A DNA stretch of 64,000 bases, from NCBI GenBank assembly GCA_051651025.1, contig JBOFRN010000045.1, forward strand, positions 2,431-66,430, in the 5' to 3' direction. Source of the stretch: Phocaeicola sp. GTDB taxonomy: Bacteria; Bacteroidota; Bacteroidia; Bacteroidales; Bacteroidaceae. The position numbers were made by a program, and so were the translations under genes. Below the pieces are notes generated by a model. That model did not search any database and was not told the origin of the DNA. It saw only the letters and a list, made by a program, of their open reading frames with translations. Below, piece after piece: positions 49,005-57,510 of the stretch. Numbering within the stretch: the first letter of the stretch is position 1; each line of letters begins with the position of its first letter.

Positions 49005-49663
49005 TATTTGTTCACGTAAGGTTTAACAATCGATGCCCACAGTTGATAGCCTGCACCTAGTAGGTGAAGTCCGTCATTGGTGTAACGCAGATCCATCTTG
49101 CCTGTTTCGGGATTGATGAATTTAGAATAGAGGTCGATGTAGGTAATAGCCTCTTTCTCTGCTACTTTTTTTAGGAGGGCGTTAAGGGATGCAACCTCGC
49201 CAAGGCGTTCGGTATGCCCTTGGAACATGTTCTTTTCGTCCGACATAGGGAGTACGCTCTGTAGGTGGATTTTGGTTTTGGGCGATTGCTCTTTGATTTT
49301 CTCAATCACCCGGTTGATGTTGTTTGCAATCTCTTCAATCGCTGTTTTACGAGGCAAATCGTTTACCCCGATAAGGATGAATATCTTTTTAGGTTTTCCT
49401 TGAATAATGGCCTCTAGGCGATCATACACACCCATCGATACATCACCGCTGATACCTCGGTTCTTTACATGCTTGTTGTTGAGTAGTTCACACCACTCAC
49501 CCCCGTCAGTAATGCTATTGCCTACAAAAACAATGTCTTTCGAAGTAATAGGTAGGGTTTCGAATAGCGTGGCGCGTTGGTGCCAATAAGTAGAGTAGCT
49601 TCTCTCTTGGGCAGTAATGCAAGCAGAGGCTGCTAGCAGAAGTGTAAATAGGAGCTTTCGCAT
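49004..49663 (-). CDS. SGNH/GDSL-family esterase
   Basis: 219-aa ORF with a signal peptide and blocks VGNSITDGG, GISGD, IGVNDL and DGLHL. Its TAA stop overlaps the ATG of the downstream esterase by 1 nt (TAATG). Confidence 0.8.
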   Translation of the reverse strand: MRKLLFTLLLAASACITAQERSYSTYWHQRATLFETLPITSKDIVFVGNSITDGGEWCELLNNKHVKNRGISGDVSMGVYDRLEAIIQGKPKKIFILIGVNDLPRKTAIEEIANNINRVIEKIKEQSPKTKIHLQSVLPMSDEKNMFQGHTERLGEVASLNALLKKVAEKEAITYIDLYSKFINPETGKMDLRYTNDGLHLLGAGYQLWASIVKPYVNK

Positions 49664-49793
49664 GATTTTATCAGTTTATAAATTGAAAATAGCGTATATC
49701 GGTTTTTAATATTTCGTAGGTAAGGGGCAATTCTTTGGAATGCCCTTTTGTACTCCTTAACGAACAAAAGAATGTGTAAGGGAAAATGGGATT

Positions 49794-51794
49794 TTACTTT
49801 CTCTTCTCTGGAGAATAGATAAGTTCTACACGCTCTTTTCCGTCCATGGTAACAAACATAGCTGTAAACATCCATTTTGTTAGTCTAACTTGCGGTACAC
49901 TAAACTTACCAATAGGTAGTTTAATTAGTACTTTATTCCACCCTTTGTTAAGTTGTACGGGTTGCGGATCACGTCCTACCATATTTTCATTCCCCAAAGT
50001 AATTTCATTCGATCGTTCGGTATGTGTACCGCTCCAAGTGGGGGGAGCTACCTCTTGATTGTTTATCCAGATTTTACTCTCTCTATAATCCCATGTACCT
50101 TGCAAAGGAGGAAGGTCGGATTCGGAGCGGCTGTAGTTTTGTGTTTCGAACCACAAGCCGACCTCTTGGTTCTTGTTTGAATAGACATAGGTCCAAGCAT
50201 AAGCCGTATGGTTCTCGAGTGGCTTTGCGTAATAGCCTGGAATGGTTTTCTCTCCCCACACGTGGCGCAAATAGATGCCTCCACCAATGGCTTCGTTTAC
50301 TCCAATGGTCTCTCCGTTTAATTGATACGAAGATTTTAGTTCTGTTTCGGGTTCAAACGATTTTGATAGATTGCCCTCGTTGGGAAACTGTTCGGTGATG
50401 TTCCATTTTACATCGGTTTGCTTTACATAGGCAAAAGGTAAGTTCGAAAAGTTTGTCTTCTTTTGCCACAACATACGCTCTTCGAAGTTTTTAAATGCTT
50501 CGAATGGTTCTGTACCGGGAACTAGATTGGTTCCATGTTGATCGTAGTACTGATAGCCACCGCCTAACCAAGCACGTTCTGCTATGGCAAGCATATTAGG
50601 GTATAGGTAGTTCTCTAGGTTCATGTTGTACTCTTTATCCATGTATCGATCGTGCCACAACGCAAGAATGCTTCCCGCTATTTGGTCCGATCCTTTCTCT
50701 ACGTTCCCAATGCGACTGGTATATAAAGCTACGATATCGGCAAAGGTATCGAAGTGGTTCAGGTAGTGAAACTTGCTGTCGATGGCTGGTACACCGGGTG
50801 TGGGTTTGCCTCGGTAGCTCCACATCTGTGTCATATCAATTTCGCCTGCTTTGTAGTTCCAACCTGGATTCCACGAGATAACCTTCTTACCTCTTTCGCG
50901 TATGAAGGCCACCATTTCATCGCAAAAGGTGGGGTTGGTAAATTGTACTTCGTCTGTACCGATGTGTAGATAAGGTACTTCATCAAATACTTCGCATACT
51001 TCGTTTATAAGCTCTTTTAGAATTTTCGTTCCTTCGGCGGTTTGCATATCTACCCCAAAGGCGCGTTTAAATGCGGCGCTGTGTCCAGGCATATCAAACT
51101 CTGGAAGAAGCATCATGTTGTGCTGTTTACAGAAAGCTTGCAGCTCTTTAGCCTCGGCATGTGTGTAGTATTTACCCTCCATGCGGGTCATATTTTTGGC
51201 TGCTACCAATTCGGGGTGCACTTTACTTTCGAGTCTCCACGCTTGGTTCTCGGTTAAGTGCCAGTGAAATACATTGATTTTATATTTTGAAAGCGTGGCA
51301 ATCTCCTCCTTTAACTCCTCCATGGATACGTAGCTGCGGCCTACATCTTGCATCCATCCGCGTACTTTAAAGGCGGGCCAATCTAGAATTTCCATGCAAG
51401 GAATCTTCCCTTTGGGGTACTCTTTTTGCAATTGCGATAGGGTTTGAAGTCCCCAAAATAGCCCTTGTTCAGTGGTTGCCTGTAGGGTGATACCTTCCTC
51501 TTCGATTTTTAATTTATAAGCCTCGTCTAGATTCATCTCTGCACCTGCAAGTGTTGGGACGATATTTAAGTGTAGCTCTTTTCCTTTGTTTGCCAATTTG
51601 ATGCCCGAGGTCTTTACCATCTCTATAAAGTGAGTGCTCTTCTCATTCAGTATAAGCGTTGATTTAAGTGCTCCTTGGTTAAAAACGATTGTCTGTGGTT
51701 GTGGCAAAAGTGTCTCTTGGGCAGAAGTCGATGTGAGGGCTAACCCTAGGCAGAGCGAGGTAGTGATTAGTTTGGCAAATTGATTCTTTTTCAT
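49794..51794 (-). CDS. GH20 beta-N-acetylhexosaminidase (variant active-site-region motif)
   Basis: 666-aa ORF with a signal peptide, FHWHLTENQAWRLE, PEFDMPGH and LHIGTDEV (the D-E pair). Confidence 0.85.
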   Translation of the reverse strand: MKKNQFAKLITTSLCLGLALTSTSAQETLLPQPQTIVFNQGALKSTLILNEKSTHFIEMVKTSGIKLANKGKELHLNIVPTLAGAEMNLDEAYKLKIEEEGITLQATTEQGLFWGLQTLSQLQKEYPKGKIPCMEILDWPAFKVRGWMQDVGRSYVSMEELKEEIATLSKYKINVFHWHLTENQAWRLESKVHPELVAAKNMTRMEGKYYTHAEAKELQAFCKQHNMMLLPEFDMPGHSAAFKRAFGVDMQTAEGTKILKELINEVCEVFDEVPYLHIGTDEVQFTNPTFCDEMVAFIRERGKKVISWNPGWNYKAGEIDMTQMWSYRGKPTPGVPAIDSKFHYLNHFDTFADIVALYTSRIGNVEKGSDQIAGSILALWHDRYMDKEYNMNLENYLYPNMLAIAERAWLGGGYQYYDQHGTNLVPGTEPFEAFKNFEERMLWQKKTNFSNLPFAYVKQTDVKWNITEQFPNEGNLSKSFEPETELKSSYQLNGETIGVNEAIGGGIYLRHVWGEKTIPGYYAKPLENHTAYAWTYVYSNKNQEVGLWFETQNYSRSESDLPPLQGTWDYRESKIWINNQEVAPPTWSGTHTERSNEITLGNENMVGRDPQPVQLNKGWNKVLIKLPIGKFSVPQVRLTKWMFTAMFVTMDGKERVELIYSPEKRK

Positions 51795-51881
51795 ACGTTT
51801 CTGGTGGCTTTTAGAAAAGGTATTTTAAACTTGAAGATAGAGGCGTATTGTGCTAAATAAGGGTGCATTGTTTCTTGCTTT

Positions 51882-51936
51882 AAAAAAAGTGCTCCGTGCA
51901 ACATAGAGAGAGAAAAACTGTTGCATGCGGAGCACT
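51882..51936 (-). terminator. Rho-independent terminator after the second sialidase gene
   Basis: An 8+7 bp stem with a 2-nt bulge (51889-51903 pairs with 51919-51935). On the minus strand it is followed by T7 (complement of A-run 51882-51888). Confidence 0.65.
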
Positions 51937-51946
51937 TTACTAACAC

Positions 51947-53578
51947 CTATTTGATTAGTTCAGATAGCTTTACGTTTTGGTATGTCATGTGTGCTTGACT
52001 TCCTTCGTAAATGATACCCACCGTGTTTTTGTCGACCAATGTTAAGCAAGAGTAGCCCCAACCGTGTCCTTCGTCAAGTAGAACTTGGTGTTCCTCTTTC
52101 CAGGTTTTACCACCATCTAAGCTTGCCTTAATGGTTATACTGTGGCGCCCTTTGGTGGTGTTTGGATTCGAGAAGAGAAGGATGTCCTTCTTGAATGCAT
52201 TGTCTTTGGCTTTGATTTTAATTAAACTCGCCATACAAACAGACTCTTGTAGTGCCGAGCGGTTCGAACTGTGCTCTTGCCAAGTTTTACCCAAATCTTT
52301 GGTTGTATATACCGAACGGCTTCCTCCACGATTATCGCGCATATTAAGCATCAATACTCCGGGCTCTACTTCGGCCACTTGTGCTTCGGTTGTATTGGTC
52401 CAAGCATGGTTGTGGATGGTCCATGTTTCGCCTCTATCTTTTGAGTACATAATACCTGCATTGGGAATATTGTCTTTGTCGATGTACTGAATAGGGAATA
52501 CCAAGGTACCATCTTCCATGGTAATACCCATACCTGGTCCTTGTAAAAGGAAGTACCACGATGGATCTTTTACCTGTTTGGTTATGTTGATTGGTGCGCT
52601 CCATGTTTTACCATCGTCTGTGCTTTTAGTAAGTACCAATTGTGCAGTCTCCTCTTTCTCCATACCTGGCATCGAGTTAAACCAAGCGCGATAGTTACCC
52701 ATACCGTGTGTCCAAGCTGCAATGGCCCAAATAGTCCCTGTCTTTTCGTCGACTAAGATGGCAGGGTCGCCCACACCATTTTGTCCATGTGGCAAACCAC
52801 CCTCTTCTCCAAAAGTCATGATGATTTGCATAGGCTCCCAAGTTTGTCCTTTGTCTGTACTGCGGCTCAAACCTACATCGACTTTCTCTTGAAGATCGGC
52901 GCTGTTGTTGTAGCGCACATCGTATACGGCCAAAAGTGTTCCTTTATTCGATGTTACCATACCTGGAATACGATACGCTTGTACATTGTCATCGCCTGCA
53001 TAACGTACACCTGTTCCCATGCGGTGCACTTTCGATGCAAGGTCTGCCTCCAATAGGGGAGCCGTTTGATTATCGAGTACCACTTTTTTTACATCGAGCG
53101 TAATCGTGGATAGGAGTGAAGCAGTGGGTTTCATCTCTACACTTACCCAGAAGTAGTTTACCCCTGGATAAAGATTCTTATCTGCCGAGAAAGTGATCTT
53201 ATGCGATTTGGGTGAATTCATTTCGGCGGTTAGTAAGCTGTAAGAAGGGTTTGCAGTATGTGTCATACCGGGTGTCTCACGGCTAATGTATTGTGCTGGA
53301 TAGTAGTAGGTGCCCGCTTTTCGTTGGGGTGCCTCTGTTCCTGAGTAGTATAGCTTGATTGATTGGATATCTTTTAGGTTTACCTCTTTCCCTAAATCAA
53401 TCTCCACTTGATTAAGTTTCTTGTTGTTTTGAGCATGGATGCGAAAATAAACCAATGGATTATCCTGACGGTTAATCAAAATAGGAAGCTGTGCTTCTTT
53501 CACACGTACCGTGTCCATTTGGGCAAATGCATTTGTCGATAGCATTCCCATAGCAAGCATAAAGATCGTTTTTTTCAT
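51947..53578 (-). CDS. nanH: GH33 exo-alpha-sialidase (paralogue of 31157-32794)
   Basis: 543-aa ORF with a signal peptide, the RIP motif (QAYRIPGMVTS) and Asp-boxes STDKGQTW, STDDGKTW, SKDRGETW, TKDLGKTW and SLDGGKTW. It also has GYSC. Confidence 0.9.
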   Translation of the reverse strand: MKKTIFMLAMGMLSTNAFAQMDTVRVKEAQLPILINRQDNPLVYFRIHAQNNKKLNQVEIDLGKEVNLKDIQSIKLYYSGTEAPQRKAGTYYYPAQYISRETPGMTHTANPSYSLLTAEMNSPKSHKITFSADKNLYPGVNYFWVSVEMKPTASLLSTITLDVKKVVLDNQTAPLLEADLASKVHRMGTGVRYAGDDNVQAYRIPGMVTSNKGTLLAVYDVRYNNSADLQEKVDVGLSRSTDKGQTWEPMQIIMTFGEEGGLPHGQNGVGDPAILVDEKTGTIWAIAAWTHGMGNYRAWFNSMPGMEKEETAQLVLTKSTDDGKTWSAPINITKQVKDPSWYFLLQGPGMGITMEDGTLVFPIQYIDKDNIPNAGIMYSKDRGETWTIHNHAWTNTTEAQVAEVEPGVLMLNMRDNRGGSRSVYTTKDLGKTWQEHSSNRSALQESVCMASLIKIKAKDNAFKKDILLFSNPNTTKGRHSITIKASLDGGKTWKEEHQVLLDEGHGWGYSCLTLVDKNTVGIIYEGSQAHMTYQNVKLSELIK

Positions 53579-53668
53579 ACAGTTATGTAATTAATGGATT
53601 TTTGTTTAGGTATAGAAAGCAGCATGAATCTCTATAAATTAAGTGCTTTCTTTGACTCTCTTTTTCTG

Positions 53669-53676
53669 CAAAGTTA
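53669..53676 (-). promoter_or_regulatory. Candidate -7 box (TAnnTTTG) for the sialidase gene
   Basis: The minus strand reads taactttg, 91 nt upstream of the ATG at 53578. Confidence 0.3.
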
Positions 53677-53748
53677 TATGTAGGTCTTTTAAATGACTTA
53701 ATGTAAAACTATCGCCTTTCATTTTTTATAAATAGGGGTGTCTCTTTA

Positions 53749-56148
53749 TTATTTATCTTCTCTACGTCTTTGTTTCCAGGTTAATCCTTCTAGATCTTTC
53801 TTCTTTTCTGGGATAATATAACTGAATAGAAGGGCTAATACAAGACTTAGTAAAATGCCAACCAATCCGTACAGCATAAAGTTAATGGATGAATTTGAAC
53901 GGATCCAGAGTAGAATGAAAACACTACTTACAAGTGCCAGTAGCGCAGCATATCCCCGTACTCTAGGTAGGAAAATTCCGATAGCGAAGAGGCCACCAAG
54001 CCCACTTGTCAATAGACCAATAAAGGTGTTGAACTCATCAAAGAATGATTTTACACTCATCATAGAGAGCTCAATCGCTAGATAGGTGCCTAGTATGCCT
54101 ACTAAAACTCCACTGATTCGAGCCGTATTTACCTGACTTTTATCCGAAAGGGTAGGGAACATGCGTTTGGCAAAATCGACCGTAATAGCAGTCGATGCTG
54201 AGTTGATATTGGATGATAGGGTAGACATGGTTGCTGCAAATATGGCTGCAATTAGTAATCCAGCAATTCCAGCAGGTAGCTCATTGACTATAAAGTAGGG
54301 GAAAATACCCTCTGCATTACTCATTGTTACAGGTAGTAATTCGGGATGTGTATAGAAGAACGTATAAAGCGCCGTTCCTATAAAATAGAATAAAACGAGA
54401 ACAGGAAGGGCTATTAATCCATTCAACCAAAGACTGCGACGCGTTTTGTCCATATCGGCAGTCGTTAAGTAGCGCTGCACAATGGTTTGATCAGAAGTAT
54501 AAGTGATTAATGAATTGGCTAAGCCTGCCCCAAAGAATATAACCCAGAAGGTAGGTTGTGTAAAGTCGAATGAGAAGTCAAGCATTTTAAACTTGTCGGC
54601 CGATATGCCAATGGAGATGGTTTCCATAAATCCACCGGTACCCACTACTAGGTAGACTACCGAGATAATTGCTCCAAATACCAAAATACCTCCTTGAATA
54701 ACATCTCCCCATACTACCGCTTCTACACCACCCATGGTTGAATAGATAATGGTTACAGCAGACATAACAAGTATGCAGGCTAATAAATCAATCCCCGTAA
54801 CGGTAGAAAGTGCTACCGAGGGTAGGTAGAGAACAATCCCAATGCGCATAACCATAAATACAATGAAAAATACACTTGATGTTAAGCGAACCGTTAGGTT
54901 AAAACGTTTTTCAAGATATTCGTATGCTGTTGTAAGGTTTAAACGTCTAAAGAAAGGTAAATACCATTTGATGACGATAGGTGCCATTAATAAGATGGAG
55001 AATGACATGGGGAAGTAGAGCCAGTTGGTGGTATAGGCCTTAGCTGGTAGTGCCATAAATGTAATGGCACTTAGGGTTGTTGCGAAAATACTGATACCTG
55101 CTGCCCACCAAGGAATTTGTCCTCCTCCTTTAAAGAATTGATCGGAAGTGCTAGCTCGGCGGCTAAAGTAAAAACCAATACCTAGCATGAGTACCATGTA
55201 TACTATGAGTACACCATAGTTTAACCAGCCAAAGCTAACTTTGCTTGCAAACGATACTTTAGTTAGCTCTCCATTAGTTAGCATCATGTAGTCACTCTCC
55301 CATTTGCAGAGGTAATTTGTGTGGGTACATTCAGGCTGAAAGTTGTTTGAGTCCCATTGACCAGTTACGGTATGATAGGTGCAATAGTTGCCATTGCTAT
55401 CTAAGAATAAAATGTGGTGTGTACCCATTGTAATGGGTTGTTGTCCCGATATTCTAATAGGCTCTTTGGATGCGGTTTTAGCCTCTAACCATTCATTACG
55501 CTTGATGGAATAGGTAAGAGCTTTGTTGCTAAATACATACAGAAAATCCTCATCTCCTCCATTTTGGACAATGCTTTGTTGTTGTACGCCTTCATTATAG
55601 GGGAGTGGAGCAATTGCTTCCCAGCGAGAATTTGTGTCTTTTAAGTCTAATTTCCAACCCTCTAGGTTAACTCCTGTCTCGCTCTCTCCTCCTATAACAA
55701 TGAGTTGATCGCCTATCACATTCGCAATGGGAAGGATAAGGGCTTTAGGGAGATTGGGAAGCCGATCGACTTTGTCTTTACCTTTGTAGGTGTAAACAGT
55801 CGAAGAGAAAGAATCGGTTGTTTCTCCACCTAAAAGAATTAGATGTTTGTGATAGTTTGTAAAACTGAACTTTCGTAGAGGCTTCTCAATCGATACTACA
55901 TGTTTAATCTCTTCTTTCGAAAGGTCTACAATCTCTATTTTTTGTACATAACTTAATGAATCATCGCTACTGCAACTTCGTCCTAAATATAAATTATCAT
56001 CCGCAAACGAAAAGAATGCAATCTCTCCTTCAACTCCATTAAGAATGGTTTGAGTGTTGATATTTAGTGTATTGCTGCTCGTTCCTAGGGCTGGAATAGT
56101 CCCTAGTAGGGAAATTAGTATGAGGGTAAATTTAAGTAGGTTCTTCAT
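53749..56148 (-). CDS. Fusion protein: N-terminal periplasmic Kelch-like propeller + sodium:solute symporter (SSS) permease
   Basis: 799-aa ORF. Residues 1 to about 300 hold a signal sequence plus Kelch-like GG repeats (LILLGGET, LIVIGGES, FLYVFSN). From about aa 307 (nt 55230 downward) it is a multi-TM SSS body (FFKGGGQIPWWAAGISIFATTLSAITFMALPAKAY ...). Confidence 0.8.
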   Translation of the reverse strand: MKNLLKFTLILISLLGTIPALGTSSNTLNINTQTILNGVEGEIAFFSFADDNLYLGRSCSSDDSLSYVQKIEIVDLSKEEIKHVVSIEKPLRKFSFTNYHKHLILLGGETTDSFSSTVYTYKGKDKVDRLPNLPKALILPIANVIGDQLIVIGGESETGVNLEGWKLDLKDTNSRWEAIAPLPYNEGVQQQSIVQNGGDEDFLYVFSNKALTYSIKRNEWLEAKTASKEPIRISGQQPITMGTHHILFLDSNGNYCTYHTVTGQWDSNNFQPECTHTNYLCKWESDYMMLTNGELTKVSFASKVSFGWLNYGVLIVYMVLMLGIGFYFSRRASTSDQFFKGGGQIPWWAAGISIFATTLSAITFMALPAKAYTTNWLYFPMSFSILLMAPIVIKWYLPFFRRLNLTTAYEYLEKRFNLTVRLTSSVFFIVFMVMRIGIVLYLPSVALSTVTGIDLLACILVMSAVTIIYSTMGGVEAVVWGDVIQGGILVFGAIISVVYLVVGTGGFMETISIGISADKFKMLDFSFDFTQPTFWVIFFGAGLANSLITYTSDQTIVQRYLTTADMDKTRRSLWLNGLIALPVLVLFYFIGTALYTFFYTHPELLPVTMSNAEGIFPYFIVNELPAGIAGLLIAAIFAATMSTLSSNINSASTAITVDFAKRMFPTLSDKSQVNTARISGVLVGILGTYLAIELSMMSVKSFFDEFNTFIGLLTSGLGGLFAIGIFLPRVRGYAALLALVSSVFILLWIRSNSSINFMLYGLVGILLSLVLALLFSYIIPEKKKDLEGLTWKQRRREDK

Positions 56149-56223
56149 AATATAGTTAATGGTATAAAGTAGTCTTTAATTAGATAGCCACTTCTGTTTT
56201 TTGCGTAAAGGTATAATTGACTA

Positions 56224-56231
56224 CAAATATA
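56224..56231 (-). promoter_or_regulatory. Candidate -7 box (TAnnTTTG) for the Kelch-SSS gene
   Basis: The minus strand reads tatatttg, 75 nt upstream of the ATG at 56148. It is embedded in the palindrome at 56225-56240. Confidence 0.3.
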
Positions 56232-56240
56232 CGTATATTT
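56225..56240. promoter_or_regulatory. 16-bp perfect palindrome AAATATACGTATATTT (candidate operator)
   Basis: aaatatacgtatattt is its own reverse complement. It lies in the 357-bp divergent region between the Kelch-SSS gene and the second lyase operon and overlaps a -7-like box. Confidence 0.4.
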
Positions 56241-56438
56241 TCTATATGTAGTATTTAAATGCTTTTTTTTGTCTCTATTTTTTTAGTATGTAAATAGTTA
56301 TGTTCTTTTGTGATTTATTTATTTGGTTGATAATTATTTATTTGTACTTTATTTGTCTCTTCGATTTCAAACTTTTGGTTTGATTTTCCAATCGCACAAA
56401 ATAACGGTTTTTTGTAGTACATATTGAAAATTGATTCT

Positions 56439-56446
56439 TATATTTG
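56439..56446 (+). promoter_or_regulatory. Candidate -7 box (TAnnTTTG) for the lyase-epimerase operon
   Basis: tatatttg lies 60 nt upstream of the ATG at 56506. Confidence 0.35.
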
Positions 56447-56505
56447 CACCATTAATTTAATTTGTGTGTATTCTATTATTTACACTTGTAAACAAATCTA
56501 ATGAT

Positions 56506-57423
56506 ATGGAAAAAATCACAGGGCTTATAAATGCGCCATTCACGCCCATGCATGCTAATGGTGAAATAAATCTTGAACCGATTGCTGCTTATGCAGAAAT
56601 GCTTGCTAAGAATGGCATTCAAGGTGTTTTTATTAATGGATCTTCAGGTGAAGGTTTTATGTTGACGGCCGAGGAGCGTATGACTTTGGCGGAAAAGTGG
56701 GTGTCTGTTGCTCCTGCAGGTTTTAAAGTAATTGTGCACGTAGGAAGCTGTTGCGTAAAAGAGTGTGCAAAATTGGCTGCGCATGCACAAGAGATTGGTG
56801 CCTGGGGAGTAGGTGCTATGGCTCCTCCTTTCCCAAAGATTGGTCGCATTGAAGAATTAGTGGAGTATTGTGAAGCAATAGCCAATGCTGCCCCTGCTTT
56901 GCCTTTCTATTATTACCACATTCCTTTCTTTAGTGGTGTTTATTTACCGATGCTTGATTTGTTAAAAGCAGTAGACGGACGTATTGAGAACTTTGCCGGT
57001 ATCAAGTATACTTTTGAGAACTTGTACGAGTACAACCAATGTCGTCTTTACAGCAACGGTAAGTACGATATGCTGCACGGTCAAGACGAAACCATTCTTC
57101 CTAGCTTGGCTCAGGGAGGTGCACAAGGTGGTATCGGTGGAACAACCAACTATAACGGTCGTGAATTAGTCGGGATTATTGATGCTTGGAAAGCGGGTGA
57201 TATTGAAACAGCACGCGAAAAGCAGAACTTCTCTCAGGCAGTAATCAACGTAATTTGCAATTATCGCGGTAATATTGTAGGCGGTAAGCGTATTATGAAG
57301 CTGATTGGACTAGATTTGGGCCCAAATCGTGTTCCTTTCCGCAATATGACGGATGCTGAAGAGCTCTCAATGAACCAAGAACTTGAGGCTATCAACTTCT
57401 TTGAGCGTTGCAATAAATTCTAA
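56506..57423 (+). CDS. DHDPS/NAL-family aldolase, second N-acetylneuraminate-lyase-like paralogue
   Basis: About 305 aa with GSSGEGFMLT, FYYYHIP and the lysine context AGIKYT. It is clearly diverged from the lyase at 34017-34925. I prefer ATG 56506 (MEKITGLINAPFTPM) to GTG 56464. Confidence 0.8.
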   Translation: MEKITGLINAPFTPMHANGEINLEPIAAYAEMLAKNGIQGVFINGSSGEGFMLTAEERMTLAEKWVSVAPAGFKVIVHVGSCCVKECAKLAAHAQEIGAWGVGAMAPPFPKIGRIEELVEYCEAIANAAPALPFYYYHIPFFSGVYLPMLDLLKAVDGRIENFAGIKYTFENLYEYNQCRLYSNGKYDMLHGQDETILPSLAQGGAQGGIGGTTNYNGRELVGIIDAWKAGDIETAREKQNFSQAVINVICNYRGNIVGGKRIMKLIGLDLGPNRVPFRNMTDAEELSMNQELEAINFFERCNKF

Positions 57424-57510
57424 TAAATTTTAGGATGTCAAGTCGAAATAGTGTACTTTTACTCTGTTTTTGATTTGGCATTCCTTAATTCTATTCTCAC
57501 ATAATATACT

